Positions 40,865-50,383 of a stretch of 64,000 nucleotides of DNA are shown here, piece by piece. The stretch comes from an uncultured candidate division Zixibacteria bacterium. Lineage in GTDB: Bacteria > Zixibacteria > MSB-5A5 > GN15 > FEB-12. The stretch is from NCBI GenBank assembly GCA_963735035.1, contig CAVTJJ010000006.1, positions 416,001 to 480,000 on the forward strand, in the 5' to 3' direction. The position numbers and the translations under genes are program-made. Under the pieces are notes generated by a model, which saw only the letters and a list, made by a program, of their open reading frames with translations, ran no database searches and had not been told where the DNA came from. The first letter of the stretch is position 1. Each line of letters starts with the position of its first letter.

Positions 40865-42390
40865 AGAAGCTTTTCAACAATACCGTGTTCTCGGGCATAG
40901 ACCTCTTTGTTCTGGTCGTGCTCAACCTGTTGGCGACTCCGGTGCTGATCAAGTATCTCGGACTGGCCGAGTACGGAGTGTTCGTGTTTCTGTCGGTGTT
41001 CAGCACCTATGGTATGCTGTCGTTCTTCGACTTTGGTATGGAAGGGTCGCTGCTCAATTTTGTGGCCCGTTTTGAGGCGGCGGGGGATAGGGAGCGCATT
41101 CAGGACAGCCTGACGGTGTCACTGCTGTACTACGGTGTGATAGGTCTGCTGCTGGGGGTGGTCCTGGCCCTGTCGGCAGGGGTGATAACGAGCCGCTTTG
41201 CCGATGATACTCTGGCGCTCGACTGGAGAGTGGTTGACCGAGCGACTTACATCATGTCGATTAATGTGGTGGTGCAGTTTCTTACCCTGCCACTCACGGC
41301 CGTGCTTCAGGGCCTTCGAAGATTCGTGATCACCAAGGCAACCAACAGCGTTCTGATGACATTGCAGTATGTTATCCTGATGCTATCCGCGATGGTCTAT
41401 CAGCGCGTGGACATCGCCATGATGGTTGTGCTGGGTGTGACGGTCTGTCGGTTGGCGGTCCTGTCGTTTATTGTCTGGTTCCGCACCGACTATTTCCGTC
41501 CGATGACTTTTCGCCTTCGCTCCGATCTTTTCAAGACCTTCTTCCGCTACAGCTCCATACTTCTGGTGAGTCGGGTAATCGGAATAATCTTCAACCAGAT
41601 GGACAAGTTTCTGATCTGGTTCTATCTGGCCGCAACTTATTTGACCGTTTACGATATTGCGGTGCGACCGGCCAACCTGCTGCGCATGCTGGTCACGACG
41701 CTCAATTCCGCGATCATTCCTGAGGTGGCCCGTCTCCACGAGAAGAACGACATCGCGCCGATTCGAACCATGTACATAAATCTCGTACGATATGCCTACC
41801 TGCTGGTAATGCCGTTGTTGGCGGTATTGTACGGCCACATGGAAAGCATCCTCACCCTATGGGTGTGGGTCGGGTTGGGCAAGTATTATCCGCTCGCCCT
41901 GGTGATGGTTTCGATTCATCTTCTGTCACCGATAACCGCGGTGGCGTCCACCATGGCGGTCGGTCTGCAGTTGGTCAAGAAGGTGCTCTGGATATCAATC
42001 GTTGCGAGCGTGCTGAAGATAATTCTCAGCGCGGTGTTATTGTCGACGATCGGCTTGATTGGACTTCTGACCGCGACATTGCTGGCGGAAGTGTTCATGG
42101 TGGGCCCTTATCTCTTTGCGATGATGCGAATACTCGAAATGAAGGCGAGCGAATTGTTTCGGCCGGCTCTTCTCATTATTGGTGTCGCGGTGCCGTTCGG
42201 GCTGACTCACGGCCTGATCAATTACTACTACGGTCATACCACCGCCATCTGGCTTCCGGCGGCTGCGTGTCTGGCCCTGATTCATTCAGCAGTCAGCTAT
42301 CGCTTTCTATTGAGCGAGCGCGAACGGGAGTATTTTATGGAGAGACTGAAGTCCGGTTGGCTAAGACTGATGCCGAGCACGGAGAACTGA
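40861..42390 (+). CDS. wzx: Wzx oligosaccharide flippase
   Basis: Many TM helices; TPVLIKYLGLAEYG, DFG, QMDKFLI. Confidence 0.88.
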   Translation: MKKLFNNTVFSGIDLFVLVVLNLLATPVLIKYLGLAEYGVFVFLSVFSTYGMLSFFDFGMEGSLLNFVARFEAAGDRERIQDSLTVSLLYYGVIGLLLGVVLALSAGVITSRFADDTLALDWRVVDRATYIMSINVVVQFLTLPLTAVLQGLRRFVITKATNSVLMTLQYVILMLSAMVYQRVDIAMMVVLGVTVCRLAVLSFIVWFRTDYFRPMTFRLRSDLFKTFFRYSSILLVSRVIGIIFNQMDKFLIWFYLAATYLTVYDIAVRPANLLRMLVTTLNSAIIPEVARLHEKNDIAPIRTMYINLVRYAYLLVMPLLAVLYGHMESILTLWVWVGLGKYYPLALVMVSIHLLSPITAVASTMAVGLQLVKKVLWISIVASVLKIILSAVLLSTIGLIGLLTATLLAEVFMVGPYLFAMMRILEMKASELFRPALLIIGVAVPFGLTHGLINYYYGHTTAIWLPAAACLALIHSAVSYRFLLSEREREYFMERLKSGWLRLMPSTEN

Positions 42391-43799
42391 TGGAAAAGAA
42401 CATCGTCTTCTGCTCTATTTTCGATCTCACGAAGGTCTTCTTCGCAATCGGAAAGTCTCTGCGCCAAAGGGGTCATCACGTCTATTGGATCACGACCAAT
42501 CAACTCTGGACCCATTGGCTGAGGGAGCGCGGAGTAGAGGGGGGTGACATTCTTGAGCTGGTATACGACCGGTCTAACTTCATGTCCGATGAAGAGGCCG
42601 CGCGCGTCGATGCGGAGATTGTCGCGGCTGAGGCGGTGGCCGATCTAACGGTCAATCAGAGCTTGCTAATGGATCGGTTTGTGATCTACAAGAACCGGCC
42701 GGATATACAAGAGTACATGCGGTTATATTATCGCGATATCAAGCGATTCCTGCAGACTAAACAGATCGATTTGGTGTTCGCCGAGCCGACCAACTGCAAT
42801 GAACTCATGACTCACATAATCTGTTGCGAGTTGGGGGTGGCGTTTGTCTCTGCAGGCGACATGCGTCATCCGTCGAAACGACTCGTCTTCTGCCGGGGAT
42901 ATGGCCAGGATACCCTGGTCAAGCGAAATCCGCCGGGGATGACCGACGTCGACGTGGCCAAGCGCTACATCGATGAATTTGCGACCCGGCAAGAGCAACC
43001 GGTCTACTTCAAGAAACTGGTTCAAGCGAAGGTTGTCGACAGACAGAAGGCGATAAGCGCCATGCGTAACCGCCTGCGGCTCTTGAGTCCCGGCCGCCGC
43101 CGCCACCTTACTTACCACGATCTGTCGGAGCGGCTATTGACGGCGGCCCGTCGCATTGTCAACGGTTTCTGGCTGCGGCATCTGTGTCGCTACGACCGGT
43201 TGGAGGACATCAAGGGGCGGATAGCGTTCTATCCGCTGCACGTGCAACCGGAAGCGTCGATTGACGTACGCGGCTCGTTCTTCAGCGATCAGATCAAACT
43301 GATCAAGGATATCAGGCGGTCGCTTCCGTTCGATGTTACTCTGGTAGTCAAGGAGCATCCGAATTTCCTGGGCCGGCGCGGTCGGCGATTCTTCCGCGAA
43401 TTGCGGCGCATCCCTAACGTTAGAATCATCACACACACGCAATCAGCGTTCGATATATACAAACGGGCGGCGCTCGTATTCACGGTCACGGGAACCGCCG
43501 CATACGAAGCGGGCTTGTTGGGGATTCCAGCGATCACATTCGCCCCGATCTATTTTGGCGGATTGTCGTCGGTGCACTACTGTCAGGACGTTGTTCAACT
43601 CAAACCACTTGTCTTTCGAATCATGAGTCATTTCCATCGGGATCGTGAGGCCGACAACCGCTTTATGGCCGACCTGTTAGCTCAATCATTCGAAGCTTAC
43701 TGGACCGATCCGCTTTTTGATCCTATGGTGTTGAACGCGGAAAATCTCAAGAATCTGGCCGACGCTTTCGTCGAGGTGGTCGAAAGTGATCTGGATTAA
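42390..43799 (+). CDS. KpsS-like capsule biosynthesis glycosyltransferase
   Basis: FYPLHVQPEASID, LVVKEHP, TVTGTAAYEAGLLG. Confidence 0.8.
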   Translation: MEKNIVFCSIFDLTKVFFAIGKSLRQRGHHVYWITTNQLWTHWLRERGVEGGDILELVYDRSNFMSDEEAARVDAEIVAAEAVADLTVNQSLLMDRFVIYKNRPDIQEYMRLYYRDIKRFLQTKQIDLVFAEPTNCNELMTHIICCELGVAFVSAGDMRHPSKRLVFCRGYGQDTLVKRNPPGMTDVDVAKRYIDEFATRQEQPVYFKKLVQAKVVDRQKAISAMRNRLRLLSPGRRRHLTYHDLSERLLTAARRIVNGFWLRHLCRYDRLEDIKGRIAFYPLHVQPEASIDVRGSFFSDQIKLIKDIRRSLPFDVTLVVKEHPNFLGRRGRRFFRELRRIPNVRIITHTQSAFDIYKRAALVFTVTGTAAYEAGLLGIPAITFAPIYFGGLSSVHYCQDVVQLKPLVFRIMSHFHRDREADNRFMADLLAQSFEAYWTDPLFDPMVLNAENLKNLADAFVEVVESDLD

Positions 43800-45078
43800 T
43801 TCCCTGGCCGTTCTGGTCTACGTTGCCTCTTCGGTGTATGTCTTGCGCCGGTATGTAAAGTATGCGGTCTTGTATGGGTATGTTACTTCCATGCAGTTGT
43901 GGGCACTTGTTTCGTCCTTCTACAACGATCTGGGTGTGTACAATTTTGAGCTAATGCGTCAAACCGACACGAGTCTGGCCACGACTCGCCTGGCTCTATT
44001 TTACTTGCTGTTCAACGCCGGCTTCATTCTCGTAGCAGCGGTGCTGGAACGTCGCACCCTGATTCAAAGGGACTTCGGTCTGAAAGGGCTCACCTTGAGG
44101 CTGGGGAACTTCAAGGTTCTGACTTACACCGGAATTGTTGCGGTCGGTGTTTACCTTGCCTACGGTCTTTACACCGGGGGAATTCCTATCCTCACCGGAC
44201 TCGATCGCCTGGCATTCTATCAACAGACTGGAACGGTTGACCGTCTGGTGCTGGCGTACGGGCCACTCGTCGCTTTCCTACTTGGACTGTTCAGACGGAA
44301 AGCTCGATTTGCTTCGTGGAACGGTCTGCTGCTTCTAGGTTTGATGATCTATGCAGTGCTGGTAGGTCACAAATTCTCGTTTCAGATGGGAATCCTCACA
44401 GCCTATTACACGCCGATATTCGTGCGGTATTTGTCCACACATCCCGATCTACGCCTGCTTCGATGGCGCTATGTAGGGACGATTGTAATCGCGGTCGGTC
44501 TGTTTGCGCTAGGCGCTTACGTCAGTTACTATCGCCTCATGGGCACGACCGATGGGGCCGGAACCCTCTTGACCGACCGAGTTCTGGCCGGTCAGGGAGA
44601 AATATGGTGGGCGCACGACAACCGATTGGCTGAAATCGGAGGATATGACCGTCAGCAGTGGTTGACGGAGTTGGACTTTCTGGTGAGCCCCGAGTCTGGA
44701 TCACCCAACAAGGTTGGAATGCGATACCTTATGGTTGAAATCCTGGGCGGGGAGAGAGCGTTCGCGCTGTTCGACCGGGGATATCTGTACACGATGGCTT
44801 ATCCCGCTATCCTGACGGCTATCATGCCCTATGGTCTGGCCATAGTCATACAGTTCTTGGCCGGAGGGCTGTTTTTGGTGTTGCTGTACTATCTGCATTT
44901 TTGCATCCTGTACAAGCACCATTTCCGTGCGCTAGTGGCGATTACTATGGCTTTGCCGTTTGTGACTTTGCTCTACACCGGGAATTTGTTCGTGTTTCTG
45001 ACCTTCGGTATGGTCGTGAAGTTGTTGATTGTGGTGGCACTGGAAACGGGATTGTTGGTCAATGCCGGGAAAGCGTGA
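43786..45078 (+). CDS. Putative Wzy polymerase (DUF6418-like)
   Basis: About 11 TM helices, GHKFS, RVLAGQGEIWW periplasmic loop, locus context. Confidence 0.7.
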   Translation: MIWINSLAVLVYVASSVYVLRRYVKYAVLYGYVTSMQLWALVSSFYNDLGVYNFELMRQTDTSLATTRLALFYLLFNAGFILVAAVLERRTLIQRDFGLKGLTLRLGNFKVLTYTGIVAVGVYLAYGLYTGGIPILTGLDRLAFYQQTGTVDRLVLAYGPLVAFLLGLFRRKARFASWNGLLLLGLMIYAVLVGHKFSFQMGILTAYYTPIFVRYLSTHPDLRLLRWRYVGTIVIAVGLFALGAYVSYYRLMGTTDGAGTLLTDRVLAGQGEIWWAHDNRLAEIGGYDRQQWLTELDFLVSPESGSPNKVGMRYLMVEILGGERAFALFDRGYLYTMAYPAILTAIMPYGLAIVIQFLAGGLFLVLLYYLHFCILYKHHFRALVAITMALPFVTLLYTGNLFVFLTFGMVVKLLIVVALETGLLVNAGKA

Positions 45079-45647
45079 ACTTGGATAGTCGCATCTTTCA
45101 GGATTGGGACGCCAATCGTGGCAATCTCAAGGGTCGATTTGTGCTCGCCTTCTTTCGGCTGGCCCAGATATTTGCCCGCCGCAAAGGTTCGCTGATATGG
45201 TGGCTCGGCCTGCCGGTAATGATAGGCTATCGTCTGCTGACGGAGTACTTTCTCGGCTTCGAATTGCGTCCGAGGACTCAAATCGGTCCCGGCCTGGTGC
45301 TCGAGCATGCTTTTGCGCTGGTGGTTAACGATCAGACCGTGATTGGTCACCACGTCCACTTGCGCCACTGCATCACGATAGGCTGTGTGAAGAAACCTGA
45401 CGGTTCCCAGGGGCCAAGTCCGGTGATAGGTGACTACGTTGAAATAGGGGCCAACGCCTGCATCATTGGCGGTATTCGGATCGGCAACAACGCCAGGATA
45501 GGAGCCGGCGCGGTAGTTACAAAAGATGTCCCACCGGGTGTCACGGTGGTGGGAAATCCGGCCGTAATCGTAAAGAGTTCCGGGAAATCCGCACCTTCAC
45601 ACACCAGCTCCACAGATTCTACAGTCGTGAATCGGCATGAAACCTGA
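45075..45647 (+). CDS. WcaB/serine-acetyltransferase-like hexapeptide acyltransferase
   Basis: IGPGL..H, PVIGDYVEIGANACIIG, IGAGAVVTKDVP, VVGNPA. Confidence 0.88.
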   Translation: MNLDSRIFQDWDANRGNLKGRFVLAFFRLAQIFARRKGSLIWWLGLPVMIGYRLLTEYFLGFELRPRTQIGPGLVLEHAFALVVNDQTVIGHHVHLRHCITIGCVKKPDGSQGPSPVIGDYVEIGANACIIGGIRIGNNARIGAGAVVTKDVPPGVTVVGNPAVIVKSSGKSAPSHTSSTDSTVVNRHET

Positions 45648-46874
45648 GCCGCTAACGGTTGTCATCGTCAATGACTTTGCCTATGTCGAGGGAGGGGCGA
45701 GCCAGGTTGCTCTCCGTAGCGCGGTCGGATTGACTGACCGCGGTCACAATGTGCATCTGCTGGCGGCGGTCGGCCCGGCTGCGGATTTTCTGAAAGCATC
45801 GAAAGTCCAGATTACTCTCCTCGACCAGTATTCGATTGGCGCGGACCCCAGCCGATTGCGGGCTGCCGCTTCGGGTATCTGGAATCGGAGAGCCTACGCG
45901 GCCATGCGAAGACTGCTCCGCGACTTGGAAGGTCGGCCGGTTGTCGTACATGCCCATATATGGGTGAAAAGCCTGTCTTCAAGTGTCGTCAGAGCGGCTT
46001 TCGATGCCGGTGTACCGGTTATTGTCACGGGTCACGATTTCTTCATGGCGTGCCCCAACGGTGGGTTTTACAACTATCCTCGTCAGGAAGTCTGTCCTGC
46101 TGAAAGCGATGTCGCCGGCTTGTCTGGTCACCAATTGTGACAAGCGGAACTATGCTCAAAAGCTGTGGCGTGTGACCAGGCAGGCTGCTCAAAGGACCTT
46201 CGGCGGGGTGCCGTCACGGGTGGCCCACGTCATAACCGTTTCAGAAAAGGGCGAGGCGGTACTTAAGCCTTACCTGCCGTCCAGTGTCTGTCTGCACCGG
46301 GTAAACAATCCGGTTTACGTCGAGAAGGGGACTCCCGTCAACCCGGCGCAAGGGGATTCTTTCGTGGTCATCGGCCGGCTCGATCCGGAGAAGGGTCCAC
46401 TCCTGGCCGCGAAGGCGTTTGCCCAAACCGGCGTAAAGGCAGTATTTGTGGGCGAAGGTGCGTGCACGCACTGATGTGTTGCGAGTAGCTCCCAACGCGA
46501 CCGTCACTGGTTGGCTGAGTCGTGAGGAAGTGCTTGAGAAGCTGAGAAAGGCTCGCGCTCTGGTCTTTCCTTCGCTTTGGTACGAGACCATGGGGCTGGT
46601 AGTGGCCGAGGCGGCCGCCCTCGGCGTGCCGGCCATTGTCGCGGATACGTCAGCGGCCGCAGAGTTGGTCGAGCATAATCAAACCGGCCTGCTGTTTCGA
46701 GGCGGGGACACTGAAGCTCTGGCGGAAGCCGTTAATAGGCTTTGCGATCCGGTCATGGCTTCAAGGCTGGGGGAAGGCGCTTACCACAGGTACTGGACCA
46801 CGCCGACCACGCTCGAGAATCATCTGGATCAACTTGAGCCGGTCTATCGTCAGGCACTGAGTGGCCCCGCGTAA
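45637..46874 (+). CDS. GT4 family glycosyltransferase (frameshifts at about 46096 and 46466)
   Basis: GGA N-terminus, HDF...CPNG, GRLDPEKG, PSLWYETMGLVVAEAAALGVP across three frames. Confidence 0.85.
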
Positions 46875-46914
46875 TGAACCTGGCCAGGCTGTTGCCTGTT
46901 TCAAGTTGACAGGC

Positions 46915-46923
46915 TGATATAAT
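46915..46923 (+). promoter_or_regulatory. Extended -10 promoter
   Basis: TGaTATAAT upstream of the amidotransferase gene. Confidence 0.5.
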
Positions 46924-46994
46924 GCGGCTTTGTTGTAGTCGGAATAATAGTTGGCATAACCAGGCCGGAGATCAGGAGATATAGGATTGATACG

Positions 46995-48194
46995 ATGATA
47001 ACGGAACAGGACAGCCGGACGAAGAGGACTTCAAAGTATATTCGTTACTGCAAACGTTGTGTGATGCCGGAGACCAAACCCGATCTTCACATCGACGCAG
47101 AAGGAGTCTGTAACGCCTGCCGGAGCTACGAGAGAAGAGCCGTAGTTGACTGGAAGAAGCGAGAAGATGAACTGATGCAGATTCTGGAGCGGTATCGCAG
47201 CAAGTCGGGCAGCAACTATGATTGTATCGTTCCCGTCAGCGGCGGCAAGGACAGCACTTTTCAGGCGCTCAAGCTGAAAGAGTGGGGCTTCAATCCTCTT
47301 TGCGTCACCGCCACTACCTGCAAGTTGACCGAGTTGGGGCGCACCAACATCGAAAACCTCAAGCAGCGTGGAGTCGACTACCTCGAGTACACCACCAATC
47401 CGTCCGTGCGACATCGCATCAATCGGATCGGCCTCAGACAGATTGGTGATATTTCCTGGCCGGAACACCTGACCATCTTCACAATACCGGTGCGAATCGC
47501 GGTGCAGATGAATATCCCGCTGCTGGTCTGGGGTGAGAATTCCCAGAACGAATACGGGGGGCCGGCGGCCGATGCCGATAACAATATTCTGAATCGTCGC
47601 TGGCTTGAGGAATTCGGAGGACTGCTGGGCATGCGGGTAACGGACCTCATAGGCCAGGAAGGCATCATGGCCAGAGATTTGGTCGCCTACACTTACCCCA
47701 GCGATGACGAACTGCGCAAGATTGGCGTGACCGGGCTTTTCCTCGGGTACTACGTACCGTGGGACGGCTATGCCAACGCGCTTTATGCGCAGGCCCACGG
47801 TATGCGTACGTATCCGACTGCGATTGAAGGCTCGATGGTCAACTACGAGAATATGGACAACGCGCAGACCGGTATTCACGACTATTTCAAGTTCATCAAG
47901 TTCGCTTTCGGGCGAACCACCGATTTCGCCTGCCTGCACATCCGGCGCGGCCGGTTGCAGCGTCCCGATGGCGTCAAGATTATTCGCGAGCGCGACGGTC
48001 GTTTCCCCTGGTCCTACCTGGGATATCGGGTGGAAGACATTCTCAAGGAAATCGATGTTCCTCTCGAGGAATTCTTTACGATTTGTGATCGCTTCACCAA
48101 CCGTCGACTGTTCGTGTGTGACTCGCGCGGCAATCCGGTTCTCGACGCCGAGCGCAATCTCACCAAGATCAACTACGACAACGTCGAAGAATGA
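46995..48194 (+). CDS. N-acetyl sugar amidotransferase (PseA/WbuX/WbpG family)
   Basis: CKRCVMP.T.P, CNAC, YDCIVPVSGGKDS, WGEN, HDYFKFIKF.FGR. Confidence 0.92.
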   Translation: MITEQDSRTKRTSKYIRYCKRCVMPETKPDLHIDAEGVCNACRSYERRAVVDWKKREDELMQILERYRSKSGSNYDCIVPVSGGKDSTFQALKLKEWGFNPLCVTATTCKLTELGRTNIENLKQRGVDYLEYTTNPSVRHRINRIGLRQIGDISWPEHLTIFTIPVRIAVQMNIPLLVWGENSQNEYGGPAADADNNILNRRWLEEFGGLLGMRVTDLIGQEGIMARDLVAYTYPSDDELRKIGVTGLFLGYYVPWDGYANALYAQAHGMRTYPTAIEGSMVNYENMDNAQTGIHDYFKFIKFAFGRTTDFACLHIRRGRLQRPDGVKIIRERDGRFPWSYLGYRVEDILKEIDVPLEEFFTICDRFTNRRLFVCDSRGNPVLDAERNLTKINYDNVEE

Positions 48195-48808
48195 GCAATG
48201 TCGTCATAGTCGATTACGGCCTCTGCAATCTGGACTCGATTGCGCGAGCGGTGGAGGAATGCGGCGGCAAGGCAAAGATCAGCAGCGACCCACGCGACCT
48301 ACTGACCGCCACTCAGATCATCCTTCCCGGAGTAGGGGCGTTTCCTGACGCGCGACGCAACCTTCGGGATCTATCACTGGATGAGGCCATGCAGGAACAA
48401 GTAGTGGGACGCGGAATCCCGTTTCTCGGAATCTGTCTCGGAATGCAACTCACAGCCAAGCGGGGGTATGAGGGAGAAGCCTGCGAAGGTCTGGGATGGA
48501 TTGACGGAGAAGTCATCCGACTCGAACCAAGCGGCGATGACCGTCGGATTCCCCACATGGGTTGGAATAATATCGAGTTGGCTTACGATTCCCCCCTGTT
48601 TCGAGGTATCCCCGGCGACCGGGACTTCTATTTTGTCCACAGCTTTCATGTCGCCTGCTGCGACGAGCGCCAGATAGTAGCACGAACGCCGTATGCCGGG
48701 GGGTTCGTGTCGGCGGTGGCTCATGACAACATCTTCGGCGTGCAATTTCATCCTGAGAAGAGCCAGAAGTCCGGATTCCAGGTGTTGCGCAATTTCCTTA
48801 GTGTCTAA
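48191..48808 (+). CDS. HisH-like glutamine amidotransferase (WbuY type)
   Basis: LPGVGAF, GICLGMQ, PHMGWN, YFVHS, QFHPEKS. Confidence 0.9.
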   Translation: MSNVVIVDYGLCNLDSIARAVEECGGKAKISSDPRDLLTATQIILPGVGAFPDARRNLRDLSLDEAMQEQVVGRGIPFLGICLGMQLTAKRGYEGEACEGLGWIDGEVIRLEPSGDDRRIPHMGWNNIELAYDSPLFRGIPGDRDFYFVHSFHVACCDERQIVARTPYAGGFVSAVAHDNIFGVQFHPEKSQKSGFQVLRNFLSV

Positions 48809-48816
48809 GTACTGCT

Positions 48817-49578
48817 ATGGCTCTTAAGATTCGTGTCATGCCGACTTTGCTCTACAAGGATCTCGGTCTTGTGAAAGGACAGGGGTTCGATTCCTGGCGT
48901 CGCACCGGAAGCATCATGCAAACCGTGAAAGTGTACAACATGCGCGAGGTCGACGAAATGGTGTTTCTGGACATCACGGCCACGCGACAGAACTGTCGGC
49001 CCGACTTTGCGATGGTTGATGAAATAGCCGACGAATGCTTCATGCCTCTGACCGTGGGCGGCGGAATTCGGACAGTCGATGATGTCCGCCAGTTGTTGCT
49101 AGTCGGGGCCGATAAGATATCCCTCAACTCGGCAGCGGTCGAGAACCCGGATTTGATTCGTGATGTTGCGCGGCGTTTTGGTTCTCAGTGTGTAGTTATT
49201 TCGATTGATTTTCGGAAACACGACGACGGACGGTATGAAGTCTACACCGAGTCAGGTACCAGACCGAGCGGCCTCGATCCGGTCGAGTGGGCCAGGCGGG
49301 TTGAATCGCTGGAAGCCGGGGAGATATTGCTGACATCGGTTGATCGCGACGGGACCATGACTGGTTACGATGTAGAACTTACGAAACAGGTGGCCGAAGC
49401 GGTTTCAATCCCCGTGATCGCGTCGGGAGGCTGTGGCGAATATGAACACATGGCTCAGGTGTTAAGCCACGCCGGGGTGTTGGCCGTGGCGGCCGGAGCG
49501 ATCTATCATTTCACTCAGCGTACTCCGCTCGAGGCCAAGAAGTATCTGCGGGAGCAGGGGTTCAATGTCCGCATTTAA
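48817..49578 (+). CDS. HisF-like cyclase (WbuZ type)
   Basis: ECFMPLTVGGGI, FGSQC, GEILLTSVDRDGT, ASGG; follows the amidotransferase and HisH-like genes. Confidence 0.9.
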   Translation: MALKIRVMPTLLYKDLGLVKGQGFDSWRRTGSIMQTVKVYNMREVDEMVFLDITATRQNCRPDFAMVDEIADECFMPLTVGGGIRTVDDVRQLLLVGADKISLNSAAVENPDLIRDVARRFGSQCVVISIDFRKHDDGRYEVYTESGTRPSGLDPVEWARRVESLEAGEILLTSVDRDGTMTGYDVELTKQVAEAVSIPVIASGGCGEYEHMAQVLSHAGVLAVAAGAIYHFTQRTPLEAKKYLREQGFNVRI

Positions 49579-49607
49579 TATCTGACTCTTGAGCCGGGAT
49601 TGTCGCA

Positions 49608-50366
49608 ATGAAGAGAGTTGCCATCATACAGGCCCGAATGACTTCCACGAGACTTCCTGGGAAAGTCTTGATGGATCTGTGCGGCCGCCCCATGCTGGCC
49701 CAGCAGCTTCGCCGCATACGTCAGTGCACCAGAATTGACTCCGTTGTGATAGCCACTACGCTTAACCCTACCGATGATTCGGTTGTTGATCTGGCTCGAC
49801 GTGAGGGGGTAGAATCGTTTCGCGGCAGCGAGATAGATGTCCTCTCCCGATTTCTTGGAGCGGCGCATCAGGAAAAAGCGGACATAATCATTCGCCTCAC
49901 GGCCGACTGTCCGCTGACCGACGCCGAACTGATAGACCGGGTGGTCGGAGAAATCGAAAGCCGGTCTGGCGCTTTCGACTATTGCAGCAATGTGCTGGAA
50001 CGAAGCTATCCACGGGGACTCGACGCGGAAGCGTTTACTATGGCCGCCCTCGAGAAGTGCGATAAGCTCGGCACAAGTCCGGGAACGCGCGAGCATGTCA
50101 CCACCGTCATACGTCAACAGAATCCGGAGCTTTTTCAGACTTCTTCGATCAAGGACGAAGCCGACAACTCGGATTTGAGATGGACGGTTGATACTCCGGC
50201 CGATCTTGATTTTGTACGCAAGGTCTATGAGAGTCTAGGACTGGCGGATAAATATCGAGGCTATCGGGAAATCATTGCTTTTCTTCGGGCGAATCCCGAC
50301 CTGATTGCGATCAATGCCGGGATCGAAACCTGGGATCCATCGAAGCGGCATTCCGACAAATTGTGA
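49608..50366 (+). CDS. SpsF-type cytidylyltransferase, probable CMP-pseudaminic acid synthetase (PseF role)
   Basis: IIQARMTSTRLPGKV, RGSE.DVL.R, RLTADCP, REHVT, RWTVDT. Confidence 0.85.
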   Translation: MKRVAIIQARMTSTRLPGKVLMDLCGRPMLAQQLRRIRQCTRIDSVVIATTLNPTDDSVVDLARREGVESFRGSEIDVLSRFLGAAHQEKADIIIRLTADCPLTDAELIDRVVGEIESRSGAFDYCSNVLERSYPRGLDAEAFTMAALEKCDKLGTSPGTREHVTTVIRQQNPELFQTSSIKDEADNSDLRWTVDTPADLDFVRKVYESLGLADKYRGYREIIAFLRANPDLIAINAGIETWDPSKRHSDKL

Positions 50367-50383
50367 CAGGCAGTGATCTTCGG

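Noticed and set aside
41859..42389. 646-aa ORF N-terminus overlapping wzx
   Set aside because: Alternative-frame shadow; the start at ATG 42390 is coupled to the wzx stop.
48191..49578. Histidine biosynthesis hisH/hisF
   Set aside because: Context next to an N-acetyl sugar amidotransferase indicates the glycan-modifying paralogues.
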